Of a stretch of 54,327 nucleotides of DNA, positions 38,905-49,657 are shown one piece after another. The translations under genes were made by a program, and so were the position numbers. The stretch spans positions 1-54,327 of the forward strand of contig JAJFFR010000261.1 in the NCBI GenBank assembly GCA_021776555.1. The letters run 5' to 3'. This DNA is from Robiginitomaculum sp. (GTDB lineage Bacteria > Pseudomonadota > Alphaproteobacteria > Caulobacterales > Maricaulaceae). The number at the start of each line of letters is the position of its first letter. The first letter of the stretch is position 1. The notes beneath the pieces were generated by a model. That model was not told where the DNA came from, did not search any database, and worked only from the letters and a program-made list of their open reading frames with translations.

Positions 38905-39279
38905 ATGAACACGAAAACCAGAAAATTGGCAGCGATTGGGCTGGGCCTGTTTGCGGTTGGCGCCATCTTGGCGGCCAGCGTGGTCCCGGCCAGCGCCCAC
39001 GCCACCCGACATCATCACAAACACGCCAAGGTCAAGGTGGTCAAACCCAAGGTCAAAGTGAATATCAATCTAGGCGGCGGCTATGGCCACACGAACGTGA
39101 TCTACCGACCAGCGCCAGTAGTTTATATCGCGCCGCGCCCAACCTACGGCTGTTACCGGGCCGATCATGATGGTTGGTATAACGGTCACACGGCGCGAGT
39201 TTCGCATCGGTATTGTTACAACGCGTACGGAAATCCAGTGGCCCAGTCCGGCTCCAAACGACTGGTTCACTATTACTAA
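38905..39279 (+). CDS. Small secreted His/Tyr-rich hypothetical protein
   Basis: ATG 38905 behind an AGAGGAA SD. Signal peptide ...VVPASAHA. Mature N-terminus TRHHHKHAKVKVVKPKVKV. No family recognised. Confidence 0.55.
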   Translation: MNTKTRKLAAIGLGLFAVGAILAASVVPASAHATRHHHKHAKVKVVKPKVKVNINLGGGYGHTNVIYRPAPVVYIAPRPTYGCYRADHDGWYNGHTARVSHRYCYNAYGNPVAQSGSKRLVHYY

Positions 39280-39366
39280 TCCCTCCCCGATGGCGGGCCG
39301 GGCCAGTTCTCAGGTTGATATTTCCGGTATGTTTTGCCGGGATGCCCGGCCCGTCAAATTTCCCGG

Positions 39367-39484
39367 TTGCCGATCCTTCGAGGCTCGGCTGCGCCTCACA
39401 CCTCAGGATGAGGTGTTTGGTGAAACGGATCCTATTACGGACCTCATGCTGAGGTGTGACCAATGGGAGCCTCGAAGCATCGGA
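39367..39484. repeat. Complex palindromic repeat unit, copy A (upstream of the GIY-YIG gene)
   Basis: Terminal inverted arms gccgatccttcgaggctc / gagcctcgaagcatcgga. Internal hairpins cacctcaggatgaggtg and acctcatgctgaggtg, which are near reverse complements of each other. Confidence 0.8.
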
Positions 39485-39545
39485 CACAATATGATATACT
39501 GCCCGAAAGAGGGAGCGGATCATCGAAACCACAATTAACGCTTGG

Positions 39546-39827
39546 GTGTATCTGCTTCGCTGCACCGATGGTTCGTTTTACGTTGGTTCACATCGCGGTC
39601 CGACCATCGAGGCCCGTGTTCACCAACACCAAGCTGGCGAGGGCGGCGACTACACCAGACGGCGCTTGCCAGTGGAGTTGGCGTGGTGCGAGAGCTTCGT
39701 TCACATCACCGATGTCATCGCCGCCGAGCGCCAGATTAAGGGCTGGAGCCGCAAGAAGAAACAGGCGTTGATTGATGGCGAATGGGATTTGTTGCAACAA
39801 CTTGCGAAAAGACGTGGGGGTGAGTGA
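39546..39827 (+). CDS. GIY-YIG nuclease family protein (small, stand-alone)
   Basis: 93-aa ORF with a GTG start (TAA at 39537-39539 closes the frame upstream). VYLLRCTDGSFYVGSH ... RVHQHQAGEGGDYT ... AAERQIKGWSRKKKQALI matches the GIY-YIG core. Confidence 0.8.
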   Translation: MYLLRCTDGSFYVGSHRGPTIEARVHQHQAGEGGDYTRRRLPVELAWCESFVHITDVIAAERQIKGWSRKKKQALIDGEWDLLQQLAKRRGGE

Positions 39828-39991
39828 TGTCTTGTTGCCGATCCTTCGAGGGCGCTACGCGCCACCTCAGGATGAGGTGTTTGGTGAAACGAACTAAACT
39901 CAACGGCACACCACACCACACCAGAACTACACCACTAACCTCATGCTGAGGTGCGACCAGCGGGAGCCTCGAAGCATTGGAAATGGGGTGG
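39824..39991. repeat. Complex palindromic repeat unit, copy B (overlaps the GIY-YIG stop codon)
   Basis: Same arms and hairpins as copy A. Its flanks (gtgatgtcttgttgccgatccttcgagggcgctacgcgccacctcag ... aacctcatgctgaggtgcgaccagcgggagcctcgaagcattggaaatggggtgg) are nearly identical to copy C. Confidence 0.8.
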
Positions 39992-40033
39992 GTTCTGACT
40001 TAAATATGTGGAGCCAAAAACACTGATGGAGAG

Positions 40034-40231
40034 GTGACGTCTTGCTGCCGATCCTTCGAGGGCGCTACGCGCCACCTCAGAGCCTGCCCCGGACTTGATC
40101 CGGGGATGAGGAGACTTTTGTTGCAACTGCCCGCTGCACGCACAACCGGTTCACACCACACCATAATTACACCGCTAACCTCATGCTGAGGTGCGACCAG
40201 CGGGAGCCTCGAAGCATCGGAAATGGGGTGG
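40034..40231. repeat. Complex palindromic repeat unit, copy C (carries a nested small palindrome)
   Basis: Arms nearly identical to copy B. The cctcag/gatgagg hairpin is split by a 24-nt insert containing ccccgga-cttga-tccgggg. Confidence 0.8.
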
Positions 40232-40248
40232 AACTGATCAACAAGGTC

Positions 40249-40458
40249 TTACAACATGCCAAAGTGGCGAAATCCTGCAAGAATTGCTGGTTGCTTTTCT
40301 TTTGGGCAAGGTACTTGGCGGATGCCATCGACTAAACGCCGGTGTGATTGTTTTACTGGCAGGCCAGAAATTTCTTTGCAATGGGCGATCCAACAGGGTT
40401 TCGGTACGAAGTTATATTTCGATTTTACCCAAACTTGTATTTCCTTGTAAGTTGCCAT
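40249..40458 (-). CDS. Small conserved-looking hypothetical protein (69 aa)
   Basis: ORF 15 nt downstream of the uvrB stop on the same strand. MATYKEIQVWVKSKYNFVPKPCWIAHCKE...PCPKEK...FRHFGML resembles, from memory, a widespread small-protein family. Weak SD. Confidence 0.5.
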   Translation of the reverse strand: MATYKEIQVWVKSKYNFVPKPCWIAHCKEISGLPVKQSHRRLVDGIRQVPCPKEKQPAILAGFRHFGML

Positions 40459-40473
40459 TTCTAGTTTCTTTCG

Positions 40474-42729
40474 TCACTTCCCCCGCCGGTGTTTCCAGCT
40501 CACCCCCTTGGTTCCATCGTCGCCACCGCGCTTCCGGGAGTGGCGTTTTTTGTGGGCTACGGTTCCGACTGGGGAGAGGATGTCCAGTTCGCGGTTGCGC
40601 AGCTTCGACAGCTGGTCGCGTAAATTGGCGGCTTGTTCGAACTCTAGGTCAGCGGCGGCGGCCAGCATGGCTTTTTCGGTGCTGGCAATGACGGATTTTA
40701 GGTCTTGCCCGACGAAGTGACTGCCGTCCTCGGCTAGGCCGCGAGCATAGCCGGTATTGCTATCTTCAGTGCCGACCCGCACATGGTCGCCCTCATAGAC
40801 GCTATCCAGAATATCGCCGATGTCTTTCTTGATACTTTGCGGGGTGATGCCGTGTTTGGCATTGTAGGCCAATTGGACGTTGCGGCGCCGTGTGGTTTCA
40901 GCCATGGCCCGTTCCATGCTCCCGGTCATCCGATCTGCATAGAGCACCACTCGCGCATCGACATTACGCGCCGCCCGACCAATAGTTTGTACCAGCGAAG
41001 TTTCCGAGCGTAAAAAGCCCTCTTTGTCGGCGTCCAGAATACCCACAAAGGCACATTCAGGAATATCCAATCCTTCGCGCAGCAGATTGATCCCGATCAA
41101 CACATCAAACGCCCCGAGCCGTAAATCGCGGATGATTTCGATACGCTCCAGCGTGTCGATATCCGAGTGCATATAACGCACCCGCAAGCCCTGATCGTGC
41201 ATGTATTCGGTCAGGTCCTCGGCCATTTTCTTGGTCAGCGTCGTGATCAGCGAGCGATAGCCAAGGTCAGCCACCGCTTGCACTTCGGCAATGACATCAT
41301 CAACTTGATTGGCTCCATTGGCCGAAACCGGACGTACTTCGACCGGCGGATCAATCAGGCCGGTCGGGCGAATGACCTGCTCGGCAAATACTCCTTGGGT
41401 TTGGTTTAGCTCCCATGGGCCGGGGGTGGCCGAAACACAAACCGTTTGCGGGCGCATGGCCTGCCATTCCTCGAATTTTAACGGGCGGTTATCGAGGCAG
41501 GATGGCAAGCGAAAGCCGTAATCAGCCAAGGTGGATTTGCGCCGAAAATCGCCTTTATACATGGCGCCCAATTGGGGCACAGTCACATGGCTCTCATCGA
41601 CAAACACCAGCGCGTTTTCGGGCAGATACTCAAACAGGGTGGGCGGCGGTTCGCCTGGTTTACGGCCGGTCAAATAGCGTGAATAATTTTCGATGCCAGA
41701 GCACACCCCTTGCGCTTCCATCATTTCCAGATCGAATTCGGTGCGCTGGCCAAGACGTTGGGCCTCCAACAATTTATTGTTCTTTTCCAGCCATTTCAAA
41801 TGGGTGTGCATTTCGCTGCGAATTGATTTGATCGCTTGTTTGATGGTGGGGCGCGGCGTGACATAGTGCGAATTGGCGTAGACTTTGATCTCTTCGCGCG
41901 GTGCGGATTTTTTGCCGGTCAGCGGGTCAAATTCCCAAATACTGTCAATCACATCGCCAAAGAAATCAATGCGCCAAGCCCGGTCCTCATAGTGTGCGGG
42001 AAATACTTCTAAGACATCACCGCGCACCCGAAAGGTACCCCGGGTGAAGGCCGCGTCATTGCGTTTGAATTGCAAATCAACCAGTTTTCGCATGATATCG
42101 CGTTGGTCGATCTGCTGCCCCGGTTCCAGAGAAAAGGTCATCGAGGTATAGGTTTCGACCGAGCCAATACCGTAAATGCACGAAACGGACGAGATGATGA
42201 TCACATCATCGCGCTCTAAAATAGCCCGGGTGGCGGCGTGGCGCATCCGGTCAATGGTCTCGTTTATGGCGCTGTCTTTTTCGATATAGGTGTCAGTACG
42301 CGGCACATAGGCTTCGGGCTGGTAATAGTCGTAATAGGAGACGAAATACTCCACCGCATTGTTGGGAAAGAACGCCTTGAACTCGCCGTATAACTGCGCG
42401 GCCAATGTCTTGTTGTGGGCGAGGATCAGGGCTGGGCGTTGGGTTTTCTTGATCACCTGCGCCATGGTGAAGGTCTTGACTGAGCCGGTAACCCCGAGCA
42501 AAACCTGATCCATCTCCTTGGCCTCGATCCCGGCCACCAGTTCGGCAATGGCGGTCGGTTGATCGCCTTTTGGTTCAAACTCGGAAACCAGATCGAATGC
42601 TTTGCCGCCTTCGGATTTCTCGGGGCGAATGGGTTTGTGTGGGGTCCAAGTCTGTTCAGGCACAGCTTTGCCGTCGTCTAGCACAAAATCATTGCGCGCA
42701 GAATCAGACATGCCCGGTGCGTCACTCAT
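40474..42729 (-). CDS. uvrB: Excinuclease ABC subunit B
   Basis: 751-aa ORF, collinear with E. coli UvrB (PKGDQPTAI, NKTLAAQLYGEFK, YFVSYYDYYQPEAYVP, VDESHVT, LREGLDIPE, GRAARN, UVR motif LEFEQAANLRDQL). Walker A reads GVTGSVKT rather than GVTGSGKT (see findings). Confidence 0.95.
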   Translation of the reverse strand: MSDAPGMSDSARNDFVLDDGKAVPEQTWTPHKPIRPEKSEGGKAFDLVSEFEPKGDQPTAIAELVAGIEAKEMDQVLLGVTGSVKTFTMAQVIKKTQRPALILAHNKTLAAQLYGEFKAFFPNNAVEYFVSYYDYYQPEAYVPRTDTYIEKDSAINETIDRMRHAATRAILERDDVIIISSVSCIYGIGSVETYTSMTFSLEPGQQIDQRDIMRKLVDLQFKRNDAAFTRGTFRVRGDVLEVFPAHYEDRAWRIDFFGDVIDSIWEFDPLTGKKSAPREEIKVYANSHYVTPRPTIKQAIKSIRSEMHTHLKWLEKNNKLLEAQRLGQRTEFDLEMMEAQGVCSGIENYSRYLTGRKPGEPPPTLFEYLPENALVFVDESHVTVPQLGAMYKGDFRRKSTLADYGFRLPSCLDNRPLKFEEWQAMRPQTVCVSATPGPWELNQTQGVFAEQVIRPTGLIDPPVEVRPVSANGANQVDDVIAEVQAVADLGYRSLITTLTKKMAEDLTEYMHDQGLRVRYMHSDIDTLERIEIIRDLRLGAFDVLIGINLLREGLDIPECAFVGILDADKEGFLRSETSLVQTIGRAARNVDARVVLYADRMTGSMERAMAETTRRRNVQLAYNAKHGITPQSIKKDIGDILDSVYEGDHVRVGTEDSNTGYARGLAEDGSHFVGQDLKSVIASTEKAMLAAAADLEFEQAANLRDQLSKLRNRELDILSPVGTVAHKKRHSRKRGGDDGTKGVSWKHRRGK

Positions 42730-42757
42730 AGGACAAGCCTAGCGCACTCGGTCGGGC

Positions 42758-42772
42758 GTTTCTAGTTTGTTC
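42758..42772. promoter_or_regulatory. Possible alphaproteobacterial-type LexA (SOS) box upstream of uvrB
   Basis: GTTTCTAGTTTGTTC has 7/8 matches to GTTC-N7-GTTC and lies 29-43 nt upstream of the uvrB start codon. Confidence 0.3.
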
Positions 42773-42837
42773 TTATCGAATTGACCCCTCGGGCCAGCTT
42801 TTTTTTGCCTCTGGACGATGCGGCCAAAGCAATGCTC

Positions 42838-43221
42838 CTAAACGAACGCCCCGGCTAAGTTGCAGAGTTGCGCGCCGACGCCCTCGGCGGGTCCGGTGGT
42901 TTTGGTGCGAATGGTATCCGAAACGGTTTGGAAATTTCTGACATTGGTATTGGATCTTACTTCAACGCCATTTTTGGATTCAAATTGGCCGATCAAATTG
43001 ATCAACTGCTCCATGGACCGCTCATCCATTTTGCCCATCAGCCGGTCGACATCCACCGCAAAGGCATTACCCCATGGGCCTTTGGGACAACCAATGTTCC
43101 CGCCGGTCAACACAAAATCTTTGACGACAGAGGTGACCATCACATTGCCTGCGGCCAAACTTGCGGATGGACTGAGAGCTAAAACACTGATGATACCGAG
43201 CGTACGAATAATCTTTTTCAT
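42838..43221 (-). CDS. Small secreted hypothetical protein
   Basis: Start set at 43221 (MKKIIRTLGIISVLALSPSASLAAG) behind an AGGAG SD. 127 aa. Confidence 0.65.
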   Translation of the reverse strand: MKKIIRTLGIISVLALSPSASLAAGNVMVTSVVKDFVLTGGNIGCPKGPWGNAFAVDVDRLMGKMDERSMEQLINLIGQFESKNGVEVRSNTNVRNFQTVSDTIRTKTTGPAEGVGAQLCNLAGAFV

Positions 43222-43325
43222 GACAAACTCCTGCAATTGGGTTTCGGAAGCATCACCAGCCTACCGTTTGGAATTCAAACGGCAAATAGTACAGATGTGC
43301 TATCGAATTTGCTTGAGTTTGGTCG

Positions 43326-44468
43326 TTATTTCTGACGGGGCAGGCGGTCGAGTTTGCGATTTGAAATGTCTTTGACGGCTTTTTTTAAGTGTTTCAAGTC
43401 AATACCGTGACCACGTGCTTCGACCAGAAATTCATTGTGGGCGCGACCAACCATGCCCGATTGTGCATCTTTTTCCCATTCTTCGATATGGGTATCATCG
43501 CCTTTTTTATTGATTTTTTTGTAGCCGCTCTCGGTTTTGACATCCATCGAGCTGCCGACCACACCGCTCATCGCCAAAATGGCTTTAATGGCCGGAGAAT
43601 GGGTAATTTCCAGATTGACCGATTTACCGCCCTTTTGGTACTCCGCCGTTAGTTTGACCATTTTTACTGGGAAATTCAGGTTTTCGACCTGCAAACTGGT
43701 GCGGGGCAGACCTGCCAATTTGCCGGGGGCCAATTTTTCCATGGAATCCGGTTCGACCAATTTGGTCTTGCCATCGCTGCCGGTCATTGCACCGATGATA
43801 GCACCCAGATCACCGCTTTCGGCGGCTTGTTCGATGGCGTCGTTTCGGTCAGACATGGTCTTGCTAAACGGTGTATCGCGAAACTGACCAAAATGTTGTT
43901 TTGGGGCGATTGCTGCACTGATTGCAGCCAAGACTAATGCCAGAACAATGGCGCAGCCAATGCTAGCCAAAGTGTAGGTCGTTGCTTTGTCCTCATCTGG
44001 TTTCATCAATTTTGGTAGACCCACAAACAGCAGATAAATACTCCAGATAAAGCCAATAAGGCCCAGTGCGGCTAAAGCGGGCAGCACCTGAAACCCGGCA
44101 AAAATCCAAGCGGCGGTCGGGAAGTAGGCGGATAGTTTTAGGGCTTGGCCAAAATCAGCTTTGGCTCCGAACTTAGGCGCCAGCCATTCGAGGATTTTGG
44201 CAAACGCCCAGACCATGACTAAGGCCAACACAAATGCCAAAATAGCTGATACCAGACCGGAGACAATCGGCACACGAAACGTTGCACCAAAGCCGCGCAC
44301 GCCGATCAGCGACATGCCGATAAATTGGGCAATCGCACCGATGGCTACCAAGGGGATGACCCAGCTCCGGTACAACGCAGAAAGCTCTACCTTCTCGCTG
44401 GCAATGGTGTCCCAAGTGTCAGCTGGTTTCAGCAGTAGATTTTTGGCTCGTTCAATAATTTTTTGCAT
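43326..44468 (-). CDS. Yip1-domain membrane protein with a C-terminal soluble domain
   Basis: 380-aa ORF. N-terminus LLKPADTWDTIASE...YRSWVIPLVAIGAIAQFIG followed by 5 TM helices, typical of the Yip1/DUF1282 family. Confidence 0.7.
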   Translation of the reverse strand: MQKIIERAKNLLLKPADTWDTIASEKVELSALYRSWVIPLVAIGAIAQFIGMSLIGVRGFGATFRVPIVSGLVSAILAFVLALVMVWAFAKILEWLAPKFGAKADFGQALKLSAYFPTAAWIFAGFQVLPALAALGLIGFIWSIYLLFVGLPKLMKPDEDKATTYTLASIGCAIVLALVLAAISAAIAPKQHFGQFRDTPFSKTMSDRNDAIEQAAESGDLGAIIGAMTGSDGKTKLVEPDSMEKLAPGKLAGLPRTSLQVENLNFPVKMVKLTAEYQKGGKSVNLEITHSPAIKAILAMSGVVGSSMDVKTESGYKKINKKGDDTHIEEWEKDAQSGMVGRAHNEFLVEARGHGIDLKHLKKAVKDISNRKLDRLPRQK

Positions 44469-44570
44469 GGATTTTCTCTCCGGCAGATCTGGATGCCAAT
44501 CAAGCTATCCGAAAAATCGCTCTTTGTCGCGGTTTTCAGGGTGGTACGGGTGTAGCGGCCATTTCGACAA

Positions 44571-45584
44571 TTAGAGCAAAGCTAAAGCCTTGCTAATTTC
44601 ATCTGGTCCAGTGTTCCAACAGGTAACAAACCGGGCCGAGCCATCGGGCCAGACGTGAAAGGCGGCACCGCCTTCTTGCAGTTTGGCGGTTTGGTCGGGG
44701 GTGAGTTTGGCAAACACCTCATTGCCCTCGATCGGGTGCAGGATCGGAATATCCATATTTTGCAAACCATCAGCCAATGCTGCGGCTATTTCATTGGCAT
44801 GGGTCGCTAGTTCCAACCATAAGCGGTCTTCCAGCAAAGCGATGATTTGTGCGGCGACAAACCGTTGTTTGGGTGGCATGTGACCGGCCCGCTTGCGCCG
44901 GGCTTCCAATTCGTCAAACCGATCCGCATTGGCCCCAAATAACAATACGGTTTCACCGCCCATGGCACCGGTCTTGGTCAGGCCAAATGATAAGATATCG
45001 ACACCACTGGCCCAGCTTGAGGCTGCCGGACTCGCGCCGGTGAAGGCCAAGGCATTGACTAGGCGCGCCCCATCCATGTGAACGCCCAATCCGCGATCGT
45101 GTGCCATGTTCGCCAACTCAGCCACTTGTTTGGGTGTGTAGACACATCCCGCTTCGTTCAAATTGGACAAGGACAAGGCTTTGGGCGGAGTTGCATGGAC
45201 AAAACGTTCGTCTACTTTTTGTAAAATTTCTTGCAACGCTTCCGGTGAAATCCGGCCATGTTCTCCGGTCAGTGGCAGTAGTTTTGCGCCATGACCAAAA
45301 AACTCAACCGCGCCGCGTTCGTCGCAATAAATATGGGCGTGTTCGTGGCAAATCACTCCGCCAGTTGGCGGACAAAGCAGCCCCAATGCCAAGGCGTTAC
45401 TAGCTGTTCCAGATGCCACAAAACCGGCGCGCAACGGTGCTTCGAATAAATCTGACAGCAAGGCTTCGGCCTGCAAGGTCCAACCATCATCGCCATAGCT
45501 GGCGGCGGGGCCAGCATTGGCTTGGACCAAATGTTCAATGACCTTTGGGTGGGCCGGGGCCGCTGTATCAGATGAAAAATTCAT
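44571..45584 (-). CDS. ltaE: Low-specificity L-threonine aldolase (beta-eliminating lyase family, PLP)
   Basis: 337-aa ORF. FSSDTAAPAHPKV, GTASNALAL, HMDGARL and the PLP-lysine context SFGLTKTGAMGGE. Confidence 0.85.
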   Translation of the reverse strand: MNFSSDTAAPAHPKVIEHLVQANAGPAASYGDDGWTLQAEALLSDLFEAPLRAGFVASGTASNALALGLLCPPTGGVICHEHAHIYCDERGAVEFFGHGAKLLPLTGEHGRISPEALQEILQKVDERFVHATPPKALSLSNLNEAGCVYTPKQVAELANMAHDRGLGVHMDGARLVNALAFTGASPAASSWASGVDILSFGLTKTGAMGGETVLLFGANADRFDELEARRKRAGHMPPKQRFVAAQIIALLEDRLWLELATHANEIAAALADGLQNMDIPILHPIEGNEVFAKLTPDQTAKLQEGGAAFHVWPDGSARFVTCWNTGPDEISKALALL

Positions 45585-46230
45585 ATGGGTCCGGTTTGTA
45601 TTCAGCCAACAGAACTTCGGCTTCCAGTCCGCGAACCACCAAGGAAACCGTCGGTTTCAGGGCGGTTAAAAAGGTTTGTTTCGGCCAGTTTTTGTGCAGA
45701 CCCATCCGCAATATCCCGGCATAGGCTCCGGAAATAGTATATACGGCGGTTGTCACCAATGGCCGATACCCTGGGTAAAACTTCTCAGTCATGGCATCAA
45801 TAACTACGCTGATCACCCGATCGACGTTAGGTTCAAAGCTGGCTTCTTCTTTTTCGCCCCATGTCCAAGCAAAAGCCATTACCTGTTGGGTCAGCTCTCG
45901 GTCTTTCAAATTGCGTTCTAGATGATTGTTGATGGTGCCTAACATCATTTCATAGGGGTCGTTGAATTCGGCGAGTGTTTTTCGGATATAGGTATCTAAC
46001 GGACGATTGCTTTTATGGAAAATTTCCAGAATCAGGCTGGCTTTGGTTTCATAATATTGCATGACCAAACCGGGTGAAACATCGGCTTCCTTGGCGATCA
46101 GGCGAATGGTGATTTTTTCAGCACCAACCTCAACCAATACTTTTTTCGCCGCCTTGAAAATCCGCTTTCGGGTTTTAGCGCTTCGGCTTACCGCCGATTT
46201 TGTTGTTTTTTTTGGTTTTATCTTGGTCAT
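45568..46230 (-). CDS. TetR/AcrR family transcriptional regulator
   Basis: Start set at 46230 (MTKIKPKKTTK...). HTH ITIRLIAKEADVSPGLVMQYYETKASL. Overlaps the ltaE start by 17 nt. Confidence 0.85.
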   Translation of the reverse strand: MTKIKPKKTTKSAVSRSAKTRKRIFKAAKKVLVEVGAEKITIRLIAKEADVSPGLVMQYYETKASLILEIFHKSNRPLDTYIRKTLAEFNDPYEMMLGTINNHLERNLKDRELTQQVMAFAWTWGEKEEASFEPNVDRVISVVIDAMTEKFYPGYRPLVTTAVYTISGAYAGILRMGLHKNWPKQTFLTALKPTVSLVVRGLEAEVLLAEYKPDPYEFFI

Positions 46231-46267
46231 GGAGCAAGTGTGCAAAAAACCGAATGATCCCGCAAGT

Positions 46268-47074
46268 TTAATCGCCGAAAATCGGATCGGGCGGCCAATG
46301 ACCCAACCGTTCACGTATTTCATCAGAGCTACTGGTCAAAGGATCCATTGAGCTGTCGTGCAGGGTTTCGGCTGGGCCATCATACCATGGGTCCAACCCA
46401 AAGGCCGTGGCTAGCTCTGCCTCGTTCATCAAGCGGTATTCTGCGCCAATGGCGGCGCCCTCGCGCATGACGGCGCGGCCATAGGCCAAATGCACATCGG
46501 CCAATTGCCGCCGATAGGCCCGGCATTGCGGTTCCTGTCGTTCCATATCACCACATTGAACGGTTTGTAAAAAGGTCAAGATGTTGCCATGGGGCGGTTG
46601 GTGGGGGATGTTTTGATAGAGAGGACGTTGCGTGGACGGGCTGGGTAGTAATAAGGCGCTTGCTGCCCGGCGGCGGTTCGACTGCTCAGGTTGATCCTCT
46701 GATGGTTCATTTTGCGCTGTCGGGTTGGAAGAATTCGTTTCGGGTACCGGCTCAGGAATTGGTGTTACTGATTCGGTCGTTTCCAGCTCTTGCTGGGCTT
46801 GTTGGCTCGGCTCCACTTCTAACTTGTTTTTAAGCGCTACTTTTGGTTTGGAGGTTGGTGCTTCCACCAACTCTGGTTCTGGTTCTGGTTCGGCTGTTGG
46901 CGATGGCGACACCCAGACCACCGATACCGGCTTTGGTTGGTTGTCGGCATCTGCCAAACGACCTGGGTCGGGCTTTGGCATGAAAGCCAAGCCGATCAGC
47001 AGTATGCCGTGCAATAAAAGGGCGGCGAACCATTGCCCCCATTTTTGCCGCCACTGCCAAACGCGCAGGTTCAT
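46268..47074 (-). CDS. Membrane-anchored Pro/Glu-rich protein (TonB-like N-terminus, unrelated C-terminus)
   Basis: 268-aa ORF. N-terminal TM WFAALLLHGILLIGLAF and a PEPEPEPE/Pro-rich linker. The C-terminal ~110 aa lack TonB-C motifs. Confidence 0.6.
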   Translation of the reverse strand: MNLRVWQWRQKWGQWFAALLLHGILLIGLAFMPKPDPGRLADADNQPKPVSVVWVSPSPTAEPEPEPELVEAPTSKPKVALKNKLEVEPSQQAQQELETTESVTPIPEPVPETNSSNPTAQNEPSEDQPEQSNRRRAASALLLPSPSTQRPLYQNIPHQPPHGNILTFLQTVQCGDMERQEPQCRAYRRQLADVHLAYGRAVMREGAAIGAEYRLMNEAELATAFGLDPWYDGPAETLHDSSMDPLTSSSDEIRERLGHWPPDPIFGD

Positions 47075-47154
47075 TCATCCGCCTCAAACTACCACTTATT
47101 GTTTTATGATAAGAAAGTGGGGGCGAAAGCGCTAGTGCTGGTTGCCAGAAATTG

Positions 47155-49577
<2,423 letters not shown>

Positions 49578-49657
49578 ATGTAAACTATCCAATTGGTAAT
49601 TTGTTATTTTGACCCGAAACCCTAGTTTGCGAGAAATACCGCAATAGGGAATTGGTC

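Noticed and set aside
39167-40691. Multiple track ORFs across the repeat region (39167..39538, 39463..39771, 39542..39739, 39701..39919, 39736..39921, 39941..40126, 40191..40691).
   Set aside because: They are read-throughs of the palindromic repeats on both strands (recurrent SFEARLR / PQDEV / LRMR-type strings). They overlap each other, the GIY-YIG gene or uvrB, and have no start-site signals.
46873-46890. Hexanucleotide repeat (ctggtt)x3, encoding EPEPEP in the Pro/Glu-rich protein.
   Set aside because: It is an in-frame, short repeat typical of Pro/Glu linkers. With only three units there is no evidence of phase variation.
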